NCBI GenBank assembly: GCA_048940645.1
Contig: JBHLOI010000060.1
Location: forward strand, 1-20,584
DNA length: 20,584 nucleotides
Source of the DNA: Promethearchaeota archaeon
GTDB lineage: Archaea; Asgardarchaeota; Lokiarchaeia; Sigyniarchaeales; SOKP01
Reading direction: 5' to 3'
The position numbers and the translations under genes were made by a program. Numbering within the stretch: position 1 is the stretch's first letter; each line of letters opens with the position of its first letter. The notes under the pieces are model-generated. The model made no database searches. It was not told where the DNA came from and saw only the letters and a list, made by a program, of their open reading frames with translations. Shown piece by piece: positions 1-9,446 of the stretch.

Positions 1-260
1 AGAAAATATTTTTAACTTTTTGTATTATTGATCAAACTATAAATTTCAATTTTAATTTCTAATAAGAATAATGTGAACGATTCAATAAAATTAAATGGCA
101 AAATATAAATAAAGAATCTCACATCAATTTTTCAAGGAAAAAGAAAAATTTTCTAACGAATAATTTGAATAAAAACCAATAAAAGTTAGTTGAAAGTTTC
201 AGAACCCTCGTGAGATGAATATGTATTTACTGCTTGCATATAAAAATATGAAAATAGGCT

Positions 261-265
261 GGTGA
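261..265 (+). promoter_or_regulatory. Shine-Dalgarno motif GGTGA, 6 nt upstream of the putative ATT start at 272
   Basis: Sequence GGCTGGTGATTCATCATT matches the archaeal SD consensus GGAGGTGA core; spacing is similar to the mvk SD. Confidence 0.55.
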
Positions 266-271
266 TTCATC

Positions 272-2344
272 ATTTTAAGGCAAGTTTACATCTACAAAAG
301 TAGCGCTCTCATATATAGCAAGAATTATGGTAAAATTTCAAAAACAGAGGATTTTACAAATCTTCTATCTAGCTTCATAGCAGATATTTCGAGAAACAAT
401 GAAAAAACCCAGTTTTATGATCATCTTAATTATAGGTTATCTTATATAAGGGTAGAAGAGCTCGATTTAACTTTTGTATTTGTTACTGATATAATGGATG
501 ATTCTGAAGTTATTAAAAGAGAATTAAGTAGATGTAAAGGGGAATTCTTAAAATTATTTAAAAAATCTTTTGGCCCAAAATTTGAAGAGGGCATCTTTGA
601 AAATTTTGATTTATTTATTGATTCTATCCAAAGGAGTTTGCCACCAATTATATCCTTAGTAGGGTATACAGGGGTCGGAAAAACAACTATTACTGAGCTA
701 ATTAGAACAAAAGAAATTTCATTGCAACAAAATGAAAAAGTTTCAGGAAATGTTGCAACATTAAAAATTGGAAATATCCACTTCTTACTACGAGATTTTA
801 CTGGTCAAGATCAGTTTATATTTTTATGGAAAAATTTTCTAAAAGGAAGTAATGTTGTAATCCTAATTGTTGATTCTACATTGGAAAATATTGAAAAAAG
901 TAAAATGTTCTTAAAATTAATAAAGGAAGAAACTCCTCATGCTAATACTGCAGTTATAGCAAATAAACAAGATTTAAGTGATGTCATAAATACTATGCGA
1001 ATACAAGAGATTTTGGGATTAAAAACCTATCCTATAAATGCAACCGATCCAAATAATAGAGATGAACTAATTAAAATAGTAATAGATCTCTTACAAATGG
1101 ATGATAGAATTTTACCCCTTTTAAATCTTCTGTTTGAAAGAGATAAATTAATAACCGAACTAAACGAACTAAACCATACAATTGAAAATTTTGAACATGC
1201 TGACTTGATTTTTAAAAAAATAATTAACCTATGTATACAACTTAAAGAAAATCCTAGTAATATGGATTTTTACAAATATCGTTCTAAAATAAGAGCTAAA
1301 TTAAAAGAAGCTGAATATCCAATTGAAATACCAACATCTGAAACTATAAATTCGACACTAAAAGAGCCCACTCGAAAAATATCTTTAACCGAAAAACTTT
1401 TAAAAACACTATTAACTGAATATCTCAGTAATGTTGAAGGGATTTTAGCTTTAACGATTTCAGATCGAGAGGGATTCATTATTACTTCAGTAAGTAGAGA
1501 AGAAACGGGAGATGATTCCGTATTAGGAGCTATAGCAGTTGCTGTTGACAGTTATATAGAAAGAATTAAAAGAGAATTTGGTACTGAAAGTAATTTTTTT
1601 AATATTACCTCAATAGGGGATAAAAAGTTTGCATATTGTTCAATGGGTCCTAAATCAATCTTAACAACTATGTCAACATTATCAACTTCTGATACTGAAT
1701 TAAGAGTTTTTTCTGAACACATAGCAGGAAAGATTGAATTGATATTAAAGGGAAATGAGAATGTGTCCCTTGAAGTCCCTGAAATAATAAAGGTCTTAGC
1801 TAAAACTAGAAGTGGAAAAATTCCGATCGGTGATTATACAACAAAATTAATATTAACAGGTGATTATGCCGTTGGGAAGACTTCTTTGATTAGAAGATTT
1901 GTTAAAAATCTTTTTTTTGAAGATTATCATTCTACCGTTGGAGTGGATATTTCAGAAAAAAGTATTGGGATAAACGACGATACAAAGGTGAAATTAGTTA
2001 TATGGGATATTGGAGGTCAAATAACCCGAATGGCACCTTATAGAAGAAGATTTTATGGAGGGGCAAATTGTGCTTTCATTGTAATAGATAGAACTCGCCC
2101 GGAGAATTTACATAGTGTTGATATATGGTATAACGATATTAAAAATTACATTCAGAAAGACATTAATATCATCATAGTGGGTACTAAATCCGATTTAGTA
2201 GATCAAATTGCTATAAGTGAAGAGGAAATAAATTTTGTTGCTAATAAGTACGGATTTCATTACATTCTTACCTCTGCTTTGACTGGTGAAAACGTCAATG
2301 AAGCTTTTATATACATTGCTTATCAATTTCTCACTACTGTCTAA
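272..2344 (+). CDS. Multidomain small-GTPase fusion: longin-like N-terminus + Arf-like GTPase + helical linker + Roadblock/LC7 + Rab-like GTPase (about 690 aa if started at ATT 272; first ATG at 494)
   Basis: Frame is open from 266 (after TGA 263-265) and encodes ILRQVYIYKSSALIYSKNYGK...LTFVFVTDI before ATG 494. GTPase 1: GYTGVGKT (662-685), DFTGQ, NKQD. Roadblock-like: VEGILALTISDREGFIITS...LGAIAVAV. GTPase 2: GDYAVGKT (1859-1882), STVGVD, WDIGGQ, TKSD, TSALTGENV. The start position is inferred. Confidence 0.88.
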   Translation: MLRQVYIYKSSALIYSKNYGKISKTEDFTNLLSSFIADISRNNEKTQFYDHLNYRLSYIRVEELDLTFVFVTDIMDDSEVIKRELSRCKGEFLKLFKKSFGPKFEEGIFENFDLFIDSIQRSLPPIISLVGYTGVGKTTITELIRTKEISLQQNEKVSGNVATLKIGNIHFLLRDFTGQDQFIFLWKNFLKGSNVVILIVDSTLENIEKSKMFLKLIKEETPHANTAVIANKQDLSDVINTMRIQEILGLKTYPINATDPNNRDELIKIVIDLLQMDDRILPLLNLLFERDKLITELNELNHTIENFEHADLIFKKIINLCIQLKENPSNMDFYKYRSKIRAKLKEAEYPIEIPTSETINSTLKEPTRKISLTEKLLKTLLTEYLSNVEGILALTISDREGFIITSVSREETGDDSVLGAIAVAVDSYIERIKREFGTESNFFNITSIGDKKFAYCSMGPKSILTTMSTLSTSDTELRVFSEHIAGKIELILKGNENVSLEVPEIIKVLAKTRSGKIPIGDYTTKLILTGDYAVGKTSLIRRFVKNLFFEDYHSTVGVDISEKSIGINDDTKVKLVIWDIGGQITRMAPYRRRFYGGANCAFIVIDRTRPENLHSVDIWYNDIKNYIQKDINIIIVGTKSDLVDQIAISEEEINFVANKYGFHYILTSALTGENVNEAFIYIAYQFLTTV

Positions 2345-2424
2345 ACTTCAAGAATTAAAGAAATCAAAAATTTTTTACTAATATTGCTTAGCTAAGAACT
2401 GAAGGTTTTCAAAATTTTCGAATA

Positions 2425-3627
2425 TCATTGAAATCTTTCAGAAATAAAATCCTCAAAAGTTAGAGCTCGTATTTTTTTCTTATATCCAAAACTATTCAAG
2501 TATTTTTCAAAATAATCTTGAATTTTCAAAGTTAAATCATGAGTAGAATTAATAACAATAATATATTCAGAAAAGGCATTCCAATCTAGATTTTCATTTA
2601 AATAATTTTGAACCGTATTTTCTAATAATTTTGTATTTATTACTTCTTTAATTTCCACTTTAGCCAAATTATTATTATCAATTAACAAATAATCTAGTAT
2701 TATCTTCTGGTTATTTTTTTTCTGAAGAAAAATGACCCCTTTCTGTTTTTGTTCATGATAGATAATCTTGAAATTCTCAAGCAGGGACTTTTTATAAAGA
2801 AGATAAAGTAAATATTGAAAATCTTTAAAATAGCCAATTTTCGCTTGATCTATCTTAGCTTGCATAATAGGGCGGAAATCTTCGTTAAGTTCATATCCGA
2901 TACTTTTACGAAAGAGTGATTTAGCCACTTTTAATGTTGTTCCTGAACCTACGAAAGGATCTAATACAGTGTCACCTATAAATGTAAACATACGTATTAA
3001 TCTGTAAGGTAATTCTTCTGGAAACATCGCAATATGCTCTTTTTGAATCACTCCAGGAAAGTTCCAATGTCCTACAAACCATTTTTTCCATTCACTTAAA
3101 GATATTTTTGACATTTCTTTTATCTTAAAGTCAACTCTTCTTCCTTTTCCCTGAGGTTTTTTAAAAATTAAGATGTGCTCATAATCATATGTTAACAAAC
3201 CATTTCTAGGATAATATATTGAACCCATTAAAGAACAACCTCCTGTCGTATTTGTTGTACTGACTTTTTGCCAGATAATATCACCCAGAAAATCAAAACC
3301 AATTTTTTGACAGTCATTAATTATTTTACTTTGGATTGATAATATCCGATATCTCCCATAGTCTTTAGTTCTTAGATATTGGTCTCCAATATTAATTACC
3401 ATCCTACACTGGGATTCTAACACTCTAAAACATTCAGTCCAAACATTTTTTAATCTATGAAAATATTCTTCGAAAGAATCAAAAAATCCGATCTGATTTT
3501 TAGCACCATAATTCTTAATTTGACCATAAGGAGGGGAAGTAATTATGAATTGAATTGAATTATTTTCAATTTCTCCCATTTCCTCGGAAGATTTGTAGTA
3601 AATAATCGGTTCTTCAAAGTTAAACAA
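2425..3627 (-). CDS. Site-specific DNA methyltransferase, beta class (N4-cytosine/N6-adenine), with a C-terminal extension of about 130 aa
   Basis: Catalytic motif IV ITSPPY lies N-terminal to SAM-binding motif I VLDPFVGSGTT. Also IIWQK, EHILIFKK, HIAMFPEELPYRLI and IGYELN. TTG start. Confidence 0.9.
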   Translation of the reverse strand: MFNFEEPIIYYKSSEEMGEIENNSIQFIITSPPYGQIKNYGAKNQIGFFDSFEEYFHRLKNVWTECFRVLESQCRMVINIGDQYLRTKDYGRYRILSIQSKIINDCQKIGFDFLGDIIWQKVSTTNTTGGCSLMGSIYYPRNGLLTYDYEHILIFKKPQGKGRRVDFKIKEMSKISLSEWKKWFVGHWNFPGVIQKEHIAMFPEELPYRLIRMFTFIGDTVLDPFVGSGTTLKVAKSLFRKSIGYELNEDFRPIMQAKIDQAKIGYFKDFQYLLYLLYKKSLLENFKIIYHEQKQKGVIFLQKKNNQKIILDYLLIDNNNLAKVEIKEVINTKLLENTVQNYLNENLDWNAFSEYIIVINSTHDLTLKIQDYFEKYLNSFGYKKKIRALTFEDFISERFQ

Positions 3628-3745
3628 TATTTATACCCAATAGACAGAATTTTCTAAAAATTTATCATTATAGATTAATTGTTTAGGCAAATTTATTAAT
3701 TATTTCTGAATTTAATATTTAAAACTTAATAATAATAAATTGATA

Positions 3746-5260
3746 ATGAGCCGAAATCCTAAAGTTAACCAGGTTATCCTAATTATTTTAGATGATGTGA
3801 GAGCGTCCCATCTTTTTACTTTGATTGACCAAAATAAACTCCCAAATATCGCTAAACTTGCAAAAGATGGCATTTCTTGTTCAAATTGTATTACTACTTT
3901 TCCAAGTATCACTTATCCTTGCTATAGTAATATAGTTCTTGGTTCCTATTCAGGTTATTATCCCAAAGAAGGGAGTGGCATTCCGATGTATCATTGGATT
4001 GCGAGAGAAGATCCTCCTACTAAAGGTAAAAAAAATCCTATTATCAAAACTTATGGATCTGCAAGACATATTAGGAAAATCAATAAAGATATTGGCACCA
4101 ATGTGAAAACAATTTTCGAGCAAGCAGGTGATGGGAATTTCGCTAGCTCATTAAATCTTGTCAATCGTGGTTCCCTTTTTATTCCCGTTAAACAATTTAC
4201 TTCTGCTTCCATAATGAAGGAAGTTGAATATATTTTCAAAAATCCACTTGATTTTTTTCAAGAAAACGAAGTACCAAAAGTAACCATTGCATATGTTCCA
4301 GAAACTGACGATCTCATGCATAACAAGGGTTTTGACCATCCAGATTATATCAGGGAGATAATCAATTGTGATGGGTATATAGGATCTTTAATTAGCACTC
4401 TTAAAGACAAAGGATTTTATGAATCAACTGCTATAGGAATTATATCGGATCACGGTAATTATAAAGCAGAAAAAATGTATGATATTGAACCTTTCTTCAA
4501 ACAGATTGGTTTTACCCAATATAAACCGAAAAATGGTACAGGAGATTTTGATGTAACTATGGGCTCTGTAGGATTTTTCAACTTTCCTGGAGAAGATTGG
4601 CATCATCATCCGACCCTTGAAGAATTGAAGCAGTTCAAACTTAGTAATAAGAAGACAGTTAATTTATTTGAAATATTGTGGAAAATTCCTGGAGTTAAAT
4701 TGATGTATTATCGTGATAATAATAATACACCAGATAGAGGAATAATTCATATAGAGTATAGGGATAATAAGACAGGCAAACTAAATAAAGGTAGAATTGA
4801 ATATGAGGGCCATGGAAAACAACAGAAAACAAAATATATTTTTGAGAATGAAGAAATATACGGATATAGTAATCATGAAGATTCTGTAAAATTGTTAGTT
4901 AATAAAGCTCACAATATAGAAGAATGGTTAGAGGGTACAAACAAAATAGATTTTCCAATGATTATCGATCAAATCCCTCGGTATTTTAAAAATCCTCGTT
5001 CGTGTGATATAATGGTGTCTACAATTGGAGAATATGGTTTTAGTTATGAACACGGAAAATCTGTTGTAGCACATCAATTTTCCCATGATATTGCATTGAA
5101 GAAGTCTATGACTGTTCCATTTATCGTAGGAGCTTCCCCAGAAATTCCTAAAATTAAACTTGAATATTGTAAAACAACTGATATGGTTCCTACACTATTG
5201 GATTTATTGGGTTTGAAGCCACATCATAGTGTTGTAGGAAAATCAGTGTTGAATTATTAA
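3746..5260 (+). CDS. Alkaline phosphatase superfamily / nucleotide pyrophosphatase-phosphodiesterase-like enzyme
   Basis: IILDD metal ligand, FPSITYP (Thr nucleophile motif), DDLMH, ISDHG and C-terminal SHD...VPFI...DMVPTLL. Start is ATG 3746 (alternative TTG 3740). Stop overlaps the convergent mannosidase stop at 5257-5260. Confidence 0.85.
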   Translation: MSRNPKVNQVILIILDDVRASHLFTLIDQNKLPNIAKLAKDGISCSNCITTFPSITYPCYSNIVLGSYSGYYPKEGSGIPMYHWIAREDPPTKGKKNPIIKTYGSARHIRKINKDIGTNVKTIFEQAGDGNFASSLNLVNRGSLFIPVKQFTSASIMKEVEYIFKNPLDFFQENEVPKVTIAYVPETDDLMHNKGFDHPDYIREIINCDGYIGSLISTLKDKGFYESTAIGIISDHGNYKAEKMYDIEPFFKQIGFTQYKPKNGTGDFDVTMGSVGFFNFPGEDWHHHPTLEELKQFKLSNKKTVNLFEILWKIPGVKLMYYRDNNNTPDRGIIHIEYRDNKTGKLNKGRIEYEGHGKQQKTKYIFENEEIYGYSNHEDSVKLLVNKAHNIEEWLEGTNKIDFPMIIDQIPRYFKNPRSCDIMVSTIGEYGFSYEHGKSVVAHQFSHDIALKKSMTVPFIVGASPEIPKIKLEYCKTTDMVPTLLDLLGLKPHHSVVGKSVLNY

Positions 5261-8115
5261 TTTAATACAAGCTCAAATGTACAAATCTCAAATTTATTTA
5301 ATTCAAAAGTCAAAACTCCTGACTCTCTTTTCAATTCATAGCTTTTCTTTATCTCACGTTCAAGCAGATCCACTGGTTTAATTAAAGAAATTTTGTCTAA
5401 TAAACTTGAATTTATCTTAATTCTAGCTGTCGTCGAAATTCCTGACCCTTCAAAAAACCTGATAATGATATTATCTGATTTAACCCACTCTTTCAATTTT
5501 AAAGCACCTAAATAAACATTGGGTGTTTGGATTTCTAAAATAGGATCTAGTAAATCTAATCTATGACCTTTAGATGGTAAAATAATTATTGGATTATTAA
5601 ATTCTTCTGCTTTTCTTTTTACAGCAACATTGGGCGTTCCATCAGGATTTATTAAAGCGCCCCCATTGTGAGGAAACAGAGCATATCGACATTTAAAGGG
5701 TCCTAATCCACTGTGAGAAGGAACAACATTGTTGTATTTTTCTTTATTTACTTTTCTTTCCTTATTTACCCAAGCGTCTATTGATGGTGGGGGATATTTA
5801 CAACAACGGAGCATTGTTAATCTCATATCTTGATAATCTACATCAAAAGCATATTTACCTTCATTCAGTAAAGCAATACCCCATTTTCTATCAGGTGTAC
5901 TTAAGTCAATATATTTATGACAGATTTTTTCAAATCGAGCTTTATCACATGAAACTTTTGGATTTGTTTTTTGTTGTATTGCACAATAGACTCCATCTGA
6001 AGTTACTATCTCTGCTTTAGTGTTAGTGCTATATAATATTTTTAACATAGCATCAGATTGTTTCCAATTAGTGTTGTACTCAAGATAAATAAGGGGCAGA
6101 TCTTTGAACAGAGTAATTTTTTGGCTTATAGGATTAATAGCAAGTTCTTTGGATATTTCTAATGAGGTAAAAATCGGTCCGGAATTAATTACTTTTATTT
6201 TAATTTTTTTATTATTATTACCAAAATCTAAAGGATATTCCCAATACTTAGGTGTCAAATTCCATGCAGCAAAACCTTCATATCCAATATCAAGATAACC
6301 AAATGTTAAATTAGAGGATTCACCATTTAACAAATTTATTCCCTTATCAACATAATTTGCTATTAACTCAATGATAGCTCCATTTTTTGGATTAATCCTA
6401 ACTGAGAGAAGTTCATTTGATAGAACATTTTTACTTGCTTTCAACGTTGTTGATTTTTCGATCTTTTTACTTTCTTTTTCATTGAAAAGTATTATCTTTG
6501 CCGGAGTTAAGCATAAAGGTTTTAATGGTATAATTGTCCACCAACCAGCTGGCAAAGGATCTATAGTATTATTCAATTCTGCTCTAACTGGTTGACAAAT
6601 GTATTCCTTATTCTTACTATCAAAAATTTTTACTTTAGCGTAATTGGGTAGATTATCATTATTCAGCACTATATTATTTGTAAAAACTGTTATGGGTATA
6701 AAAATCCGTGAGTTTCTTTCCCAGCTAGATGGGTTAAAGAAATAAATATCAACCGAATTCGCTTTATCTGAAACGCTTTTATCATTTGATAAAATATTTC
6801 CTACTTCTTTTAAAATCAACTTAAATTTGACTTTTTGTTCATTCCAATCATCCCAACAATCATCATATACTTCAGGAATAGAGCTACCTGGAAGAATGTC
6901 GTGAAACTGATTTTTAAGTGTTATTTTCCACAATAATTCCAAGTTTTCTCTAGGGTATTGAAACTCTGGTAAAAATTTAGTCAAAACTGTAAATAAAATT
7001 TCAAGAGAAACAAGTAAATTTTCAAATTTTCGATTATACCTTTTAACTTCAGCATGATTTGAGAAACAGCCTCTATGGGTCTCTAAGTATAACTCATCAT
7101 TCCATATTGGAAATTTTTCGCTGTATTTTTCTAATTCTTTGTAAAATTCTCCAATTTTACTCCACTTAAACATTGGATTTTTAGTTAGTTCATTTGCAAA
7201 TGCTACTTCTCTATGTGTGGGACCATGTCCGCCATCTCCATGTCCAAAAAAATATCCCACATGTGGACATATTTCTTTTTCAATATGTTGATTTAGAATT
7301 TCATAATCCAAGTCATAACTCCAGATTTTTCTTCCATCTCTTTTAAGTAAGTGTCGCCCCACTTCAAATTTTTCCCATGTTTCTAATGGTCCCATTCCCA
7401 TCCCAAAATTCGCTGTTAAAATTTTTGAGCCATCAGGCCCTTGCCACCAAAAATTAACAAATGGGAATACTGTGTCTCTATTCCACGTTAATTTGCTAGT
7501 CCAAAAATATTGTGCTCCTGATTTTGCTAATATCTGGGACAGTCCATGATTATACCCAAAAGAATCCAAAAACCACTCTACATCAGGAAGGATACCAAAA
7601 TTCTCCCTATAAAATCTCATACCATATAATCTCTGCCTAATAAAAGATTCACCTGAAGGCATCATACAATCAGGTTCAACATATGATCCACCAACGAGCT
7701 CAATATTTCCTCTTTTGACTAAATCTTGAATGTCCTTAAACAAATCTGGATTATCTTTTTTAATCCATTCTAAAAGTAATGGTTCACTCAATGCAAAACG
7801 ATAAGTGTCCGGAAATATGTTTGAGTGTAATATAGCCTTTTTAAAAGTTTTCTGAGCTTTTTTCTTCGTTTGTTCATAACGCCACATCCAAGCGATATCA
7901 ATATGTGATTGTCCCACGATGTGAATTTGCAAATTCTCAGGATTAATTGACTTCGAAATTGAATTTATCCATTTTGGTAATAATCGCCCCGTATTTACTT
8001 TCCTTTTTCCCCCAAACCATTTTTCTTTAGATTTTTCATCGTCAAAATCTGGTTCATTAAAACTAGATGCATCGATTCTCCTGCTTCTCGAATAATGCCC
8101 AATTTTTTCTTTCAA
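5257..8115 (-). CDS. Alpha-mannosidase, glycoside hydrolase family 38
   Basis: SHIDIAWMW (Zn ligands), VEPDCMMPSGESFIRQ, WFLDSFG (nucleophile Asp), GDGGHGP, ELYLETHRG, NQFHDILPGS. No obvious signal peptide. TTG start. Confidence 0.93.
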   Translation of the reverse strand: MKEKIGHYSRSRRIDASSFNEPDFDDEKSKEKWFGGKRKVNTGRLLPKWINSISKSINPENLQIHIVGQSHIDIAWMWRYEQTKKKAQKTFKKAILHSNIFPDTYRFALSEPLLLEWIKKDNPDLFKDIQDLVKRGNIELVGGSYVEPDCMMPSGESFIRQRLYGMRFYRENFGILPDVEWFLDSFGYNHGLSQILAKSGAQYFWTSKLTWNRDTVFPFVNFWWQGPDGSKILTANFGMGMGPLETWEKFEVGRHLLKRDGRKIWSYDLDYEILNQHIEKEICPHVGYFFGHGDGGHGPTHREVAFANELTKNPMFKWSKIGEFYKELEKYSEKFPIWNDELYLETHRGCFSNHAEVKRYNRKFENLLVSLEILFTVLTKFLPEFQYPRENLELLWKITLKNQFHDILPGSSIPEVYDDCWDDWNEQKVKFKLILKEVGNILSNDKSVSDKANSVDIYFFNPSSWERNSRIFIPITVFTNNIVLNNDNLPNYAKVKIFDSKNKEYICQPVRAELNNTIDPLPAGWWTIIPLKPLCLTPAKIILFNEKESKKIEKSTTLKASKNVLSNELLSVRINPKNGAIIELIANYVDKGINLLNGESSNLTFGYLDIGYEGFAAWNLTPKYWEYPLDFGNNNKKIKIKVINSGPIFTSLEISKELAINPISQKITLFKDLPLIYLEYNTNWKQSDAMLKILYSTNTKAEIVTSDGVYCAIQQKTNPKVSCDKARFEKICHKYIDLSTPDRKWGIALLNEGKYAFDVDYQDMRLTMLRCCKYPPPSIDAWVNKERKVNKEKYNNVVPSHSGLGPFKCRYALFPHNGGALINPDGTPNVAVKRKAEEFNNPIIILPSKGHRLDLLDPILEIQTPNVYLGALKLKEWVKSDNIIIRFFEGSGISTTARIKINSSLLDKISLIKPVDLLEREIKKSYELKRESGVLTFELNKFEICTFELVLN

Positions 8116-8300
8116 GGTATAAACAATAATCTCATAAGAATTAAAAAGATTTTTGATATTTTGTTAAAAAAGTAAATTTCTATAAATTTATAACAAAAAA
8201 ATAGGAATAAAACCTTTCATATTATACTAAATTTGATAGCACTTTTATTTGAAATCAATTTAAATTAAGAAAATAACACAATAATTTTTAGTGATTTTCT

Positions 8301-9368
8301 ATTAAATTTTTAGATTATTTAGAGCTTTATAGACCAAAGATTAATGAAGAAATTAAAAATCTTTTTGAAAGAAAGTTAAAAAATATGAAAGATGATTTTT
8401 TAATCAGTTACTATTCAGAACTTCAAAATTATTTTTTGAGTGGGGGTAAAAGAATTCGCCCGCTCCTCACTATAGCTACTTATAATGCATTTAAGAAAGA
8501 AAAAGATGAAAAAATATTAATTCCAAGTGTAGGAATCGAATTCCTTCACAATGCCTCACTAGTACACGATGATATTATAGATAAAGATAATTTTAGAAGA
8601 GGAAATCCTGCATTTCATTATAGGTTTCAGAATTATCATAAGAAATACAGTTTACAGAAAATGGATGCAATAGATTTTGGTAATTCTATAGGAATAATAG
8701 GTGGCGATACGGCTTTTTTCATGGGATTAGAAGCTTTTTTTTATAATGATTTTACAACAGATTTAAACTTAAAAGCTGCTTCTTTGTATGAACAAGCTTT
8801 TATTGAAATTGCTGATGGTGTTTTAATTGAAATGGATATGGTAAATAGGGAAGAATTAACAATTGATGACTATATTAATATGATTTCCTTAAAAACGGGC
8901 GCTTTAATCGAAAAATCATTACTAATCGGTGCGAATTATGCTAATGTAAATGAGACTAACATTAAACTTTTATCCAACTATGCTATTAATTTGGGTATAG
9001 TTTTCCAAATGATTGATGATATTTTAGGTACCTTTGGGGATGAAAAAGTAACTGGAAAACCAACTGATGGAGATATAAGAGAGGGGAAAAAAACATGCTT
9101 ATTTATAGAAGCCTATGAGAAATTGAATGAGAAAAAGAAAGAGCAACTTAATGAATTAATACAAAATCAAAATATGACGAAAAATGATGTTCAAAAAGTC
9201 AAGAAATTGTTTTTAGAAGCTGATGTAGTTGATTCCTGCAAGGAAATTTCAAGTAATTATTTTCATAAAGCAAAAAATGCTCTAGATGACCTAAAGAAAG
9301 TAATAGAACCTTCAGAAGCAGAATTTTTTGAAAGTCTCTTAAATTTTGTCTTGAATAGGACCTATTGA
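8301..9368 (+). CDS. trans-Polyprenyl diphosphate synthase (GGPP synthase / IdsA family), about 355 aa from a putative ATT start (first ATG 8385)
   Basis: GGKRIRP, FARM HNASLVHDDIIDKDNFRRG, KTGAL, SARM FQMIDDILG, GKPTDGDIREGKKT. Frame is open upstream of 8385 to TGA 8292-8294 and encodes an amphipathic first helix IKFLDYLELYRPKINEEIKNLF. Confidence 0.9.
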   Translation: MKFLDYLELYRPKINEEIKNLFERKLKNMKDDFLISYYSELQNYFLSGGKRIRPLLTIATYNAFKKEKDEKILIPSVGIEFLHNASLVHDDIIDKDNFRRGNPAFHYRFQNYHKKYSLQKMDAIDFGNSIGIIGGDTAFFMGLEAFFYNDFTTDLNLKAASLYEQAFIEIADGVLIEMDMVNREELTIDDYINMISLKTGALIEKSLLIGANYANVNETNIKLLSNYAINLGIVFQMIDDILGTFGDEKVTGKPTDGDIREGKKTCLFIEAYEKLNEKKKEQLNELIQNQNMTKNDVQKVKKLFLEADVVDSCKEISSNYFHKAKNALDDLKKVIEPSEAEFFESLLNFVLNRTY

Positions 9369-9446
9369 AGAAAAACATCAAAGAATATTTATTCATAATT
9401 TGATTATCTACCTTATAATCAAATTGACTGTAGAGAATCGAAATCT

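Noticed and set aside
1-260. Possible RNA gene or gene remnant in the leading non-coding stretch
   Set aside because: AT-rich, with no tRNA cloverleaf, GC-rich stem, repeat array or convincing ORF seen.
2425-5260. Restriction-modification or defence island
   Set aside because: The MTase neighbours are a GTPase fusion and a divergent phosphodiesterase-family gene; no nuclease, integrase, transposase or CRISPR repeat was seen.
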